DNA of 37,359 nt from Callorhinchus milii (Eukaryota), in contig NW_024705521.1 in assembly GCF_018977255.1 (NCBI RefSeq), positions 1 to 37,359 of the forward strand, read 5' to 3'. Below are positions 11,962 to 23,749 of the stretch, piece after piece. Under the pieces are notes generated by a model. That model made no database searches. It was not told where the DNA came from and saw only the letters and a list, made by a program, of their open reading frames with translations. A program made the translations under genes and the position numbers. How positions within the stretch are numbered: the stretch's first letter is position 1; every line of letters begins with the position of its first letter.

Positions 11962-12345
11962 CAACAACAACAACAACAACAGGATTCCATTTATAAAGCG
12001 CCTTTCACGTCAGGAGGACATCCCAAGGCGCTGCACAGTTGGGTCATGATCCGAGCATTGGGGGGGAAATGGTCAGGGTGAGGGGAGGGAAGGGTGGGAG
12101 CGAGGAGGTGGGAAATGGTCAGGGTGAGGGGAGGGAAGGGAGGAGCGAGGAGGGGGGAAATGGTCAGGGTGAGGGGAGGGGAGGGGGGGGGGTGAGGAGG
12201 GGGGAGAGAGTCGAGAGGGGAGATGAAGGCTCGGTCAAAGAGAAGAAGAGGTCAAAGTTTCGTGGCCAGTCTCCGCCTCGTGACATGAAAAGTTAACTGA
12301 TGAGGATGAGTCCTTCAAGGGAACACAAAAGTGGAACTCATGTAC
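11962..12345 (-). mobile_element. Antisense L2-type 3' end (LINE fragment or second SINE family) with (TTG)n tail
   Basis: Minus strand reads GCAGCGCCTTGGGATGTCCTCCTGACGTGAAAGGCGCTTTATAAATGGAATCC(TTG)n. The body differs from the main SINE. The 5' boundary is uncertain. Confidence 0.6.
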
Positions 12346-12648
12346 AGGCATTGGAGGAGTTTAAGGAGGGAGTAACTTGCTCCATGTGTCAGACACCCGG
12401 TTCTACAGAGACATGTCAGTGATGGAAGAGAACCAATGGAGGAGCGAGATGGCAGCGCAGAGAAGACGAAGAGCAACGAGAGAGACACAAGTTTAGTACG
12501 TAAACCTCAGACCGGCTCATTCACGGCATATGGCAACTTCTGTGTATGATTTCTTATTCAGCTCATCACTGTATCGTACTTCCTCTCAGCCAACATTCTC
12601 CAACTACGCCATCAACGCTCTCTCAACACCCGTTGCCATTAAATACAT

Positions 12649-13498
12649 ATGACAATGTATATCTATGTGGCAGCCGCCATCATTGTCTTGTCAGGTAAGC
12701 CATCAACTCAATAATCTGTATCCCGCAGATATTGTCCAATGCCTATTTTATTGCATTAGATAAGCAAAACGCGACAGAAATTGTGGAGTTATAGAGTGCT
12801 GTTGCTCAGTTGATATAGCACTCGAAGCGCAAGAGAGAGGACCTGGGTTTGATTCCTGGGCAGGGAGAAACCTCAGGTGAATTTGGTTACTACGAGCACA
12901 TGACTCTGTTTGAATAACTGTAGGAATCCGTTGTAAGTGAATTTGCGAATGGATTTTCATGGTAGGAAAATCCCTACGATTTTGTTCACGATTCATTCAA
13001 TCAAACCACGACTGTTTGTGGGCTGCTGCATAACTGGGAGCTGCATTGGCCAAGAAATACAGTTAAAGTGTTTTCTGTGAAGTACTTTGTAATGTTTCGA
13101 AGACACGATCAGTCGTTGTATCAATAGATAATATTATTATTAATGCTGTTACTGTGTTGAACGCTGATTTTTGTCTTGTTCCCAGGACACTGTGGAGGAG
13201 TCTCTGTGACACAGCTCCAATCTACTGTGACAGTGAATGAAGGAGAGGCTGTTTATCTGCAGTGTAACTACACAGCTACAAGCGCCGGCGATCCATATCT
13301 GTTCTGGTACCGTCATTATGCCAATAAAGCTCCAGAATATATCCTTAATACCTACATCAGGAATAACAAGCAGCAACGTTCAGACTTTGCAAAAGAAGGT
13401 TTCTCAACGAACGTGTCCAACGAGGAGAGAGCCGCTCACTTGAATATATTCCAAGTGAGAGTTACAGACTCCGCGGTGTATTACTGTGCACTGAGCCC
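12649..13498 (+). CDS. TRAV: V segment A6, apparently intact
   Basis: Leader 12649-12694 (MTMYIYVAAAIIVLS, GTAAGC). V exon 13186-13498 is open to DSAVYYCALSP. RSS CACAGAG 13499-13505 / 23 / ACAAAAACT 13529-13537. Confidence 0.92.
12778..13145 (+). mobile_element. Diverged SINE in A6 leader intron
   Basis: TGTGGAGTT...GCTCAGTTG...GGGTTTGATTCC head and decayed tail. Similar intronic copies at ~1840, ~3520, ~15385, ~19140, ~21490, ~23040, ~31425 and ~35590. Confidence 0.7.
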
Positions 13499-15286
13499 CA
13501 CAGAGGCACAGATCAGCGATTTCGCCCTACAAAAACTGTCAGGTGGAGTCCTGGAGCTCAGTGGTTAGAGGCTTCGCCTTGCATTGCGCACGTTTCCTTT
13601 TCCACGAACAACTCTGTTAACGAGCAGTAAAAGAAGGAACCGGTTGTTATTCGATTGGCGAATCGATTTTCCAGGGGTAATAATTCCTTCAAAACAATAA
13701 CAATAATACTGAGATATTCACTGAATCCAGTGGGACACTGATGTGAGCAATTGACTGCCGCGTTTCTCCCACACAATATGCAGTCAACTAGTGTACAGTC
13801 TATTCTGTGAAGCGAGTTGAAGTGTCTCGAATACGAGATATGGCGCTATGCCAAGTGAATTACTGCAATGAATTTTATTATTATTATTAAATATAATAAT
13901 GCTGCATTCACATAAATAACTTCAAACGTCTTGCTTCGTTGGGAGTCTCGCAACGAGTGCATGCCCATCTGTGCTGTTTAAATAAGTAGAGGTACATCCA
14001 AAACAACAACTTTCTTTTATACAGCAACATTCGCAAAGGGAAAGATAAGATGAGCCGTGAACTATTTGCTGTCAAATGCCTCCAACTGTACACGTGCTTT
14101 AGTTGCAATCCACCAGCAGATGGCGAACCAAAACATATATAACCTGAGCTGTAACTCAGATAACTTGTCAGGTTCCTTTCTGTAACTGATTGACTTGTCA
14201 GCAATAACAGGTGCTTCCTGTTACAGGTGACATACTTCCATCTTATACACTGTTACTGGATCAACCGTAATTTACAATGATTTGCCTACGGCGTGGCCTT
14301 AGGTTACTCAAGAAGCAATTTAAATTGCTGATTCTATGTTTTATTGTCTTTCTCCCAAGTAAGCAGCCGCACTTAATAATTCTCATTTGGGGAACAAATG
14401 TGCTTCATTTTGTTAGCAGCAATATGTTCGCTTGTTTTGGTTTCAATGCAGAAGAAGATTAAAGCTGACTTTGTTCAATATGGTTTAGGTATCTGAGTTT
14501 GCAGATTCCTTATTTTGTTGCAATGATAAGAAGGTTTGGCCATCGATAACAATAATAATAACAGCAATAATCCTTGCCTTTGATACAGCTCTTTTCACGT
14601 TGGAGGCGGTTCCAAGACTTTAAATGGCATTTCTGTAAGAAGCAGTGACTGCACATTGTGAGCCAAAATACGAAGCAATATTCAAACATTAATTTTCCCA
14701 CGAATATTCATAACGTCAATGATCGGTTTTATCTGAGTTTTGAGGACAACGCATTCCACACACAGTCCTGTGTTTGACTTTCAGTCGAGACTGTGAGCTC
14801 AAAGTGCCGACTTGTCTCCTGAACCAACAGCATTCTGACTCAGAATAGAAACTACAATCAACAGAGTAAGGTGGTCACCTTAGCCTTGATGGTAGAAATT
14901 AAAGCATTAATCACTTAGGTTAGGCTGCATTCTTCAAAATCTGCCAAACTAAAGCAATCACAGCAATGATAATAGACCTTCCACTTTACGCAGCGACTGT
15001 TACTATTCGAGACGTCTCAAATAGCATCACAGAATATAACGTAAAGTACACTCTTTGTGGGTGAAAGGCGAGTCGTTGCTCCCATCCAACTCCAGGCCCA
15101 TTGGCTCCCAATCGCCAGAAGATCAAATTTAAGATCCTCTGGTGAGTGGGAAACGCCTACAATTGGAGGTAATAAACCACTGAACACGTCAGATCAGCCG
15201 CTTCCTCACAACTTTTCAGTGAAGCAGCAACACAGCGATATACAAAGGAAGAGATTCCATTATCTGTCCACACCTCAGCAGCCAAC

Positions 15287-16104
15287 ATGACAGCTCACTG
15301 CCAGTTACTGATAGCAATCCTCACCATAGCCAGTAAGTATGTGTGGACATATCCAGAGCATGGCCTTTACATTATATTATATCAGAAGCTTAGTGTTGAG
15401 AGCACTCACCTCTCAAGCGACAGGACCTGTGTTCGATTCCCGGGCAACGTGAAACTTCCAGCAAATTTGCTTACACCTCAAGCCTGTGATTACCGGCAGT
15501 AAGTAGGAACCCGTTTGATAATTGTTTCAGGGATAGCTATCCGAGAGTAATAATATATTAAACAATAAATCAATCAATAGTAATTTCGTCAATCAATCCA
15601 TTACGGTTTGGGCGACACTGCAGTGCTTAATTAGCTGCAACGTTTCTCCCTCAAAATATGGAGTCAATTCTCATAATAATGTATTCTGTGTGCGCTTTGA
15701 GACGTCCAAACCGTGCGATAACGTGATATAGAAAATGAAATTATTATTATGATAATGATGATTGCAAATCTCCACTGAACGTTGCTCAGCAAAATGTGTT
15801 TTTTTGTTCTTGCAGAAGTCTACGGTCAAGATGTAGTATCCCAATATCCTCCCGAGATAACAGATTTTGAAGGGCACAACGTTACGCTGAACTGCAGTTA
15901 TTCCACAATAAACGCTGCCTTCTGGTACAGGCAATATCCTGATGGAGCTCTTCAGTACTTGTTCAGGATATATGTGTCGGGAAAGGCAGACAATCCTCCT
16001 GACCGTTTCACTGCCGAGCTGATCAAGGAGAATAAAGTAATTAACCTGCAGATACTTAGTGCTGTTGTGGGTGACAGCGCTGTGTATTACTGTGCCCTGA
16101 ACCC
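15287..16104 (+). CDS. TRAV: V segment B7, apparently intact
   Basis: Leader 15287-15332 with GTAAGT. V exon 15816-16104 is open to DSAVYYCALNP. RSS CACACTG 16105-16111 / 23 / ACAAAAACT 16135-16143. Confidence 0.92.
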
Positions 16105-16243
16105 CACACTGTTACAGGAAGGCAGATTCACTGTACAAAAACTCAGCAGAGAATCATGGCCTCGTCTCACACATTTAAGTTCGTGGTTTGAACAGACTGA
16201 TGTGCTTCCACAATTATAATCGGGAATGTGGTGTACAGAGTCT

Positions 16244-16770
16244 GTGGAGTCCTGTATTGCTGTGGTTATAGCACTCGCCTCAAAACAGAGTGGACCTCGG
16301 TTCGATTCCCCGGCAGGTGAGTGCGGAAACTTAGGCAAGTTTCCTTACTCCACCCACTCGCCACGGAGTACCGAGCAATAAGTAGGAATACAGCTGTTAG
16401 TCGATTGGGGATAGTTTTTTTTTCTAGAGAATATTCCCTTCGTAAAGGAATAATTATAATTTAGTCAATTTACAACAGTTTGTGGGACATTGCTGTGCGC
16501 AATTGGCTGCCGCGTTCGCCCACAAATATACAATCAATTCACTTTACAGTGTGTTCTGTGAAGCGCTTTGGGACGTCCTCCCGACGTGAAAAGCGCTATA
16601 TCAAATGCAAGGATTATTATTATTATTATTATTATTATTATTTGCTGTTCGCTGCTGTGTAGAATTGGCTGCCGCGTTTCGCAAACAAAATAAAGCGTAA
16701 ATTGCCTATCAGATATATTCAGCAACATGCTTTGAGACTTCTCGAAGACGTGATAAGGCGCTGGAAATTA
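16244..16770 (+). mobile_element. Older SINE with a nested young 3'-half SINE (16479-16642)
   Basis: Head at 16244, young central domain plus tail 16479-16642, then the diverged central domain and tail resume. Confidence 0.8.
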
Positions 16771-16991
16771 ACCCAGTGTTAGCTTGCTAACCTCCAGGAG
16801 TTACCTTAAACCACACTCAGATGATCTTAAATTTTGCCTCTTGCAAAACTTCAATTAATTTATACACTTTACTGTAGATACTGTGAAGGGCTTTCAGATG
16901 TCTTGAAGATGTGTTGAGGCGCTATAACAAATGCAAGTATTATCATTATTGTTAAAACTTTCAGCAACTCAGCAAGCACAAATGGTTATTT

Positions 16992-17329
16992 CAGAGAGAC
17001 AGAGCGAGACTGAGAGAGAGTGAGAGAGCGCGAGTGAGTGATAGATANNNNNNNNNNNNNNNNNNNNNNNNNNNNNNNNNNNNNNNNNNNNNNNNNNNNN
17101 NNNNNNNNNNNNNNNNNNNNNNNNNNNNNNNNNNNNNNNNNNNNNNNNNNNNNNNNNNNNNNNNNNNNNNNNNNNNNNNNNNNNNNNNNNNNNNNNNNNN
17201 NNNNNNNNNNNNNAGCGAGAGAGAAAAAGAAAGAGAGCGTGAGTGTGTGTGAGAGCGAGAGATAGAGAGAAAAAGAGAGAGGGAGAGTGAGTGAGAGAGA
17301 GACAGAGATAGAGAGAGAGTGAGAGTGAT

Positions 17330-17360
<31 letters not shown>

Positions 17361-17370
17361 TGAGAGAGAG
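16992..17370. repeat. (GA)n microsatellite spanning an assembly gap
   Basis: GA-rich repeats flank an N run at 17048-17213. Confidence 0.95.
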
Positions 17371-17703
17371 AAGGATTTCGTTTGCAATATACGGAATACT
17401 CAATGTGCAGCTTGGAAGCACGGCACTGAATAATAAAAGGAAAACATAAAAAGTAGACTGTTTAAAAATATTGCTACTCTAACCATCACAATTTGTGTCC
17501 CACTGCTATGTGCAATTCGTCGCTTCGTTTTCCCCAAATAAAACGCTGTCACTACACTTGTTAGAATAACCTGTCTAGCCCTTTAAAACGTCTCGTAGAC
17601 ATGATTAGGCGATATATCACAATATCATTATTGTGTCTCCCAGTTTGATTTGAATCATCATAAGCATGGTCATGGGTTTCCACATATTTCAGATACCAGG
17701 TTT

Positions 17704-18035
17704 GTGGAGTCCTGTAGCTCAGTGGTTAGAGCACTCGCTTTGCGAGCGAGAGACCTGAGTTCAATTTCAGGCAGAGGGCGAAACCTCGGGCAAGTTTCCT
17801 TACTCCACACAGAGCCTAATAATAATCCTCCAAAACCAAAACCAATAATAAATTGGTCATTTTCAATCTACGACTGTTTGTGTGACACTGCTGTGCGCAA
17901 TTGGCTGCCGCGTTCGCCCACAAATATACAGTCAATTCACTTTACAGTGTGTTCTGTGAAGCGCTTTGGGACGTCCTCCCGACGTGAAAAGCGCTATATC
18001 AAATGCAAGGATTATTATTATTATTATAACAACAA
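17704..18035 (+). mobile_element. Young full-length SINE, near-identical to 5521-5858
   Basis: Same head, body and (ATT)n tail with few differences. Confidence 0.9.
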
Positions 18036-18375
18036 TAAACGTTAATATATGAAGGTTATTCAGCGAAATAATCAGCAGAGCAAAATAACTTGTAGTAATG
18101 AATTATGCCAGAAGTTATAATGTTTTGCACTCAAACTCCTCAAACCCAAATGCATAGAGGCCAGAAGGACACTTTCAACTGACTGGGGCAGAGACATCTG
18201 AGAAACTGCTGACGTCACGTGCCTCTTCCCATTTCGCTTCGAACCCTTTTAAGCTCATTACCAAATTGACACCTGTCCCCGGCGATGTGAAGCCAACACA
18301 CATTAGGACATTGCCCAGCCGTCTGTGCACACTCATGCGCTTCCACTTAATATCTCCTCCTGCCTACATTTGACG

Positions 18376-18674
18376 ATTTATTATAAGAATTTTTGCATTT
18401 TGAACAGCCCCTTATCTCGCCTCTGAGACATCTTAAACTCTTAGCAGAATATACTCTAATGTGTGGGGATTGTGGATTTCAAGTACGAAAGGGGTTATTA
18501 CCCCCAACAAGGAATTCGACAATCGACTGACAACAAATTTCCGAGTTGATGCTTGGTGCACCGTTGTGTGTGGGGAGTAAGGAAACTTGGCCAACATTTT
18601 ACATTGACGGGAATCGAACACAGATCTCTCGCTTGTGTGGCGAGGGCTTTAAGCAGTGAGCTCCAGGACTCCAC
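18376..18674 (-). mobile_element. Antisense SINE upstream of A8 promoter
   Basis: Reverse complement begins GTGGAGTCCTGGAGCTCACTGCTTAAAGC...GTTCGATTCCC. Paralog at ~30661-30959. Confidence 0.78.
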
Positions 18675-19008
18675 GGATGGCACACATTTGCGGAACTCAT
18701 GTATGCGTTTTGGATGAACGGGTGTAACTTACTGCAGGTGTCAGACACTCAGCTAAACAAATGAATGTCAGCGATGGAAGAGAACCAATGGAGGAGCGAG
18801 ATGGCAGAGCAGAGAAGATGACGGACAGTGACAGAGACACAACGTTTGTACATAACGCTCAGACCTGCTCCCTCACAGTATATGCCAACTTCTGTGTGTC
18901 ATTTCCTGATCAGCCCTCCTCTCAGTGTCTTACTGACTCCCAGCCAAAATTCTCCAACTACACAATCAACGATCTCTCAACGCCCCGCGCCATTAAATAT
19001 ATAAGAAC

Positions 19009-19799
19009 ATGTATATCTATTGGGCAGCAGCCATCATTACCTTGTTAGGTAAGCGATAAACTCCCTCGTTAAGTCTGGTCCCTGCAAATAAAATCTAATG
19101 CTTATGTTTTATTGCATACAATAACCAATATGCTGCAGGGCTTTAGCGGTCGACTGGCGGCACAGGTTAAAACCTTCGGCAAGTATGCTTACTCCACACA
19201 CAAGCCGGTGTTGACCTACCAATACGTAGGCTTCCGATTATAAGTCGATCCGCAGATGCCTTTTGTGGTGTGATAATCCTTTAAAAAAAATTACCTATGA
19301 TAATATGTGCTCGCCATCCAGAATTTCTGTGCGCATACGATGCGGTGCTTTGCCCAGTAAATACACTTAATGTGAATTACATGAAGCGCTTGGACATCTC
19401 CAATCTGTGATAAGTCGCTATATGAATTGAAAGCTTTCTCAACGTGATTTTAATTATTGTATTGAATGTTGTTGCATTGTGTCTGTTTCCCAGGATATTG
19501 TGGAGGTGATTCAGTGACACAGCTCGAACTTCTTTAACAGTGAATGAAGGGAGGATGTTACTCTGCAGTGTAATTACACAACTACAAGCACCAGTCCCTA
19601 TCTGTTCTGGTACCGTCACTATCCCAACAGAGCTCCAGAATATATCCTTAGAAAGACACCAGCAACAAGTTCCGGACCACGCGGACTTTGCAAAACAACG
19701 TTTCTCAACGAATGTGTCTAAAGAGGAGAGAACCGCCCCAATAAATATATTCCAAGTGAGAGTTGCAGACTCCGCGAGGTACTACTGTGCATTGAGCCC
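19009..19799 (+). pseudogene. TRAV: V pseudogene A8 (frameshifts, early stop)
   Basis: Leader 19009-19048 (first ATG of the family leader lost, second used). V exon from 19494 hits TAA after ...VTQLELL and has further indels versus A3/A6. RSS is intact: CACAGAG 19800-19806 / 23 / ACAAAAACT 19830-19838. Confidence 0.88.
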
Positions 19800-21383
19800 C
19801 ACAGAGGTACAGATCAGCGATTCCGCCCTACAAAAACTGCCACGTGGAGTCCTGTAGCTCAGAAGTTACACCACTCCCTCGAAAGCAGCAACCAAGCGAG
19901 ATACTTGCGTTCGATTCAAGGCAAAGCGCTTCGAGGCGTTTCGAAGATGTGATTTGGCACTGTAAAAAAGCAAAGGTTCTTATTATCATTAAATACGATC
20001 ATGTTATTTTCACAGAAATAACTTCATATATTTTTTTTCGGGTGGGACCTGCATCTGGAAGTGTCTTCCTCTGCTATTTGAACAAGGAGGAAAAAATTAG
20101 AAACTTTAACTTTAATTTACGTAGCGACATTCATAACGGGAAAGTTATGACGGGCCGAAATCAATTTGCTATCAACTGTGTCCAAATGTACATGTGCTGT
20201 AACTCCAATCCAACAGCAGAAATCGCACGAAAGACACACATAACATGAGCAGCGACTGACATAACTTCTCACGTTCCTTTCTGTAACTAACATCCTTGGC
20301 AGCAATAACAGGTGCTTCCTCTTACATTTGACATAGTTTCCTGATATGCACTGTTGCTACTTCAGCTGAAGTGTAAAACCTTTGAAACATTATTATCACA
20401 AAACTTAGTTTGCTCAAGAAACATTATTTGCATCACTTTTTATAGGTGTTGTCTTTGTCCAACACTAGCAGCCACCCTTAAGTGGATCTCACTGCGGTAA
20501 TAAATATGTTAATTTTTGTTAAGATCAATATGGTCTTTTATATTGATTTAGCTTGAAAAAGAGATTACAACCGACATATTTTAATTTAATTGAAGAATTC
20601 AAGAACTATCTCGTAGAGCCTGTGACGCATAAAAGCAAGTACCTGTAACAGAGGCAGATTTTTACCTCAGCCACGATGATAGAAAGTGAACCTTTTTCTA
20701 AAGCTGGGCTGCTTGGTTCAAAATCAACCAAGTGAATGCATTCAGAACAGTAATGAAAATAAAAATGAGCATTTGATATGGAACCATATTGCGTCATGGA
20801 GGCGTCTGAAAGCGCTTCAAAGAATATACTTTAAAACAAATTGTGAGTGGGTGAAACGCGACTACTCACTTCCTGGCCCAGAACCTCTGGTCTCCAATCT
20901 GCAGCAGATCAACTTCGTGATCCTCACAGAGAAATAACATCAACAGAGAAATGTTGTCACCTCAGCCTTGATGTCAGAAGGTAAATCTTTATCCCTCAAA
21001 GCTCTGCTGCATGTCTCAACCATTCATCAACTTAATGAATGCATTCATTTTAATAATAAAGTTTAAAATAAAAATAAAGTTTTCATTTGATGTAGTGACT
21101 GATCACATCTTACAGACATCGCAAAGCGGTTCACATAATACATTGTAAGGAAAAATTGATGAAAAGTTTGTCAATGTTCCCATCCAAGCCCTGAACCTTT
21201 GGCTCCCAGTCGCCATCAGATCAAGTTCAAGTTCCTCTGGTTAGTGGGAAACGCCTACAATTGAAAAAATTAACCATTTAACACGTCAGATCAGCCGCTG
21301 CCTCACAACTTGTCGCTGAAGCAGCGACACAGCGATATACAAAGGAAGAGATCCCATTATCTGTCCACACCTCAGCAGCCAAC

Positions 21384-22161
21384 ATGACCGCTCACTGCCA
21401 GTTACTGATAGCAGTCCTCACCATAGCCAGTAAGTATGTGTGGACATGCACAGCGCATGATTTTTACATCATAAACTTTCCGAAGCATAATGTTTAGAGA
21501 GGTCGCCTCACCAGCGAGAGAACCCGAGTTTGATTGCAGGGCAATGAAACCTTTCAATGCGTTTGCTCACACCTCACCAATCTGTTTCCACAGCATTAAG
21601 TAGGAAACATGTTGATAGTCGATTCCCCGATCGCTATCGGAGGTCAATAACCCATTATCGTATAAATCAATTTACAATAATATCGGTGAAATACTGCGGT
21701 GTTCAATTGTCTGCTCAGTTTCGCCAAAAATATAATCAATTCGCTTTGCAATATATTCTGTGGTTTCTTTGAGACTGATGTACTGTGCGGTAACGTGCTC
21801 TATAAAGTGGATAAAAGCAAATTATAAGTTGCTCAGAAAAATGTGTTGCTCTTGTTCTTGCAGACGTTAGCGGGCAAGATGTTGTATCCCAATATTCTCG
21901 CGAGAAAACAGAAATTGAAGGGCAAGACGTGGCACTAAACTGCAATATTTCAAGATTGGATACTGTCTTCTGGTACAGGCAAAACCCCGGCGGAGCTCTT
22001 CAATACGCGCTCAGGATATTTACCTCTGGAACGGTAAACAAATCTCCTGATCTACCTGAACGTTTCACTGCTGAGCTGATCAAGAAGAATAAAGTAATTA
22101 AGCTGCAGATACTCGGGGCTGTTGTGGGTGACAGCGCTGTGTATTACTGTGCCCTGGAGCC
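21384..22161 (+). CDS. TRAV: V segment B9, apparently intact
   Basis: Leader 21384-21429 with GTAAGT. V exon 21864-22161 is open to DSAVYYCALEP. RSS CACACTG 22162-22168 / 23 / ACAAAAACT 22192-22200. Confidence 0.92.
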
Positions 22162-22901
22162 CACACTGTTACAGGAAGGCACATACCCCGTACAAAAACT
22201 CAGCAGAAAGTCATGACTTCCGCTCACACATTTAATTTGGTGCTTTCAACAAACTGATGAGGTTATACATTATTAGCAAGGAGTGTGGTGTAAACAGGCT
22301 GTGCTGTCTTGTTGTGTATGGGATTAAGCAGTCGTTTTGCAAGCTAGGGGAACCGGGTTCTATGGAAAAAAACGCTTTTTCCTGCCAGCAGACAGCGGCT
22401 GAACATAACAACAAAAGAGAACTAATGTACCAGAATGTAGCCCAAAATAGATATACCTCACCAAGTCTTGTCTCTTGCCTGTCAGCACCCAGTAATCTGT
22501 TAAATTAAGCAAACACTATGCGTTCCTCCAGGGAGAAAGAGAAAATTCGTTTCCATAGGCACATTTACACGCGAAGATGGCATATATATGTGGAACTGAT
22601 GTATGTGTTTTCATGAACTGGAATATGGGTGTAACTTGGTGCAGACACACTGCTCAACAAAGACATGTCACTGATGGAAGAGAAGCATTGGATGAGCGAG
22701 ACGGCAGAGCAGAGAAGGTGACGCACAACGACAGAGACACAAGGTTTGTACATAGCCTTCAGAACTGCTCCCTCACAGTGTATGACAACTTCTGTATGTT
22801 ATTTCCTGTTCAGCTCTCCTCACGGTATCTTACAGCCTCCCAGCCAACTTTCTCCAACTCCACCATCAACGCTCTCACAACGTCCCGTGACATTAATACA
22901 T

Positions 22902-23749
22902 ATGACAATGTATGTCTATGTGGTAGCAGTGATCATTACCTTGTCAGGTAAGCGACAAACTCGCTCTATTAGTCTGCTTCATGTGCATATTATCCAATGA
23001 ATATATATTTTTGCATTACATAACCAATACGGTACACGACTCATGCATTCCTGCAGCAAACGTGTTGACTTGGGTTTAGTTCCCGGCTTGGACATAGCGA
23101 AACCTCAGGCAAGTTTCCTTCTTCCACACACGCACCACTTTTTACATCGAGATATGTAGGTACCCGTTCGTTGGTCGATCGTCGGATCAGTTTTCGGTGT
23201 TAATAATCTCTTAACGGGTACCAGTGATAATAATGCTATCAGTCATTCCATGAACTTTTATTAGGAAAATGCTGTGCGCAATTTGCTGCCACTTGTCGCC
23301 CACACAATACACATTCTCAGAATATTCTATGAAGCATTTGGAGACGCAATGATGTAGTATGGCGCTGTATGAAAAGCAATAATTTGTATTATGATTATTG
23401 TTATGGTATTGAACGCTGATATGGGTCTGGTTTCCAGGACATTGTGGAGGAGACGCTGTAACACAGCTCCAATCTACTGTGACAGTGACTGAAGGGAGGA
23501 TGTTTACCTGCAGTGCAATTATACAGCTACAAGCGAATACAATACCTATCTGTTCTGGTACCGTCACTTTCCCAACAAATCTCCAGAATATATCCTTAGC
23601 ACAGACACCAACAACAGGATCAAGAACGGCGCGGACTTTGCAGAAGAACGTTTCTCAACGAATGTGTCTAAAGCGGAGAGAACCGTCCCATTAAATATAT
23701 TGCAAGTGAGAGTTACAGACTCCGCGGGGTATTACTGTGCACTGAGCCT
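22902..23749 (+). pseudogene. TRAV: V segment A10 with 1-bp frameshift
   Basis: Leader 22902-22947 with an intact GTAAGC. V exon from 23438 has GAAGGGAGG (23491-23499) versus GAAGGGGAGG in A3. RSS CACAGAG 23750-23756 / 23 / ACAAAAACT 23780-23788. The indel is in a G run, so it could be an assembly error. Confidence 0.75.

Larger units (their letters stand above)
1..15000 (+). repeat. Segmental duplication, copy 1 (A-B-A-C-D-A block)
   Basis: Collinear with ~19680-33500. RSS pairs: 120/19800, 2640/22162, 4227/23750, 8260/27669, 10535/29727. Leader pair: 12649/31294. Boundaries approximate. Confidence 0.88.

Noticed and set aside
16969-17421. ORFs across the GA repeat and N run
   Set aside because: Artefacts of a microsatellite and an assembly gap.
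18761-19048. Similar ~95-124 aa ORFs upstream of family-A leaders (also 22577-22951 and 31053-31343)
   Set aside because: Frames shift between paralogs and the ORFs are out of phase with the V exon at the leader donor. They are best explained as shared non-coding promoter sequence.
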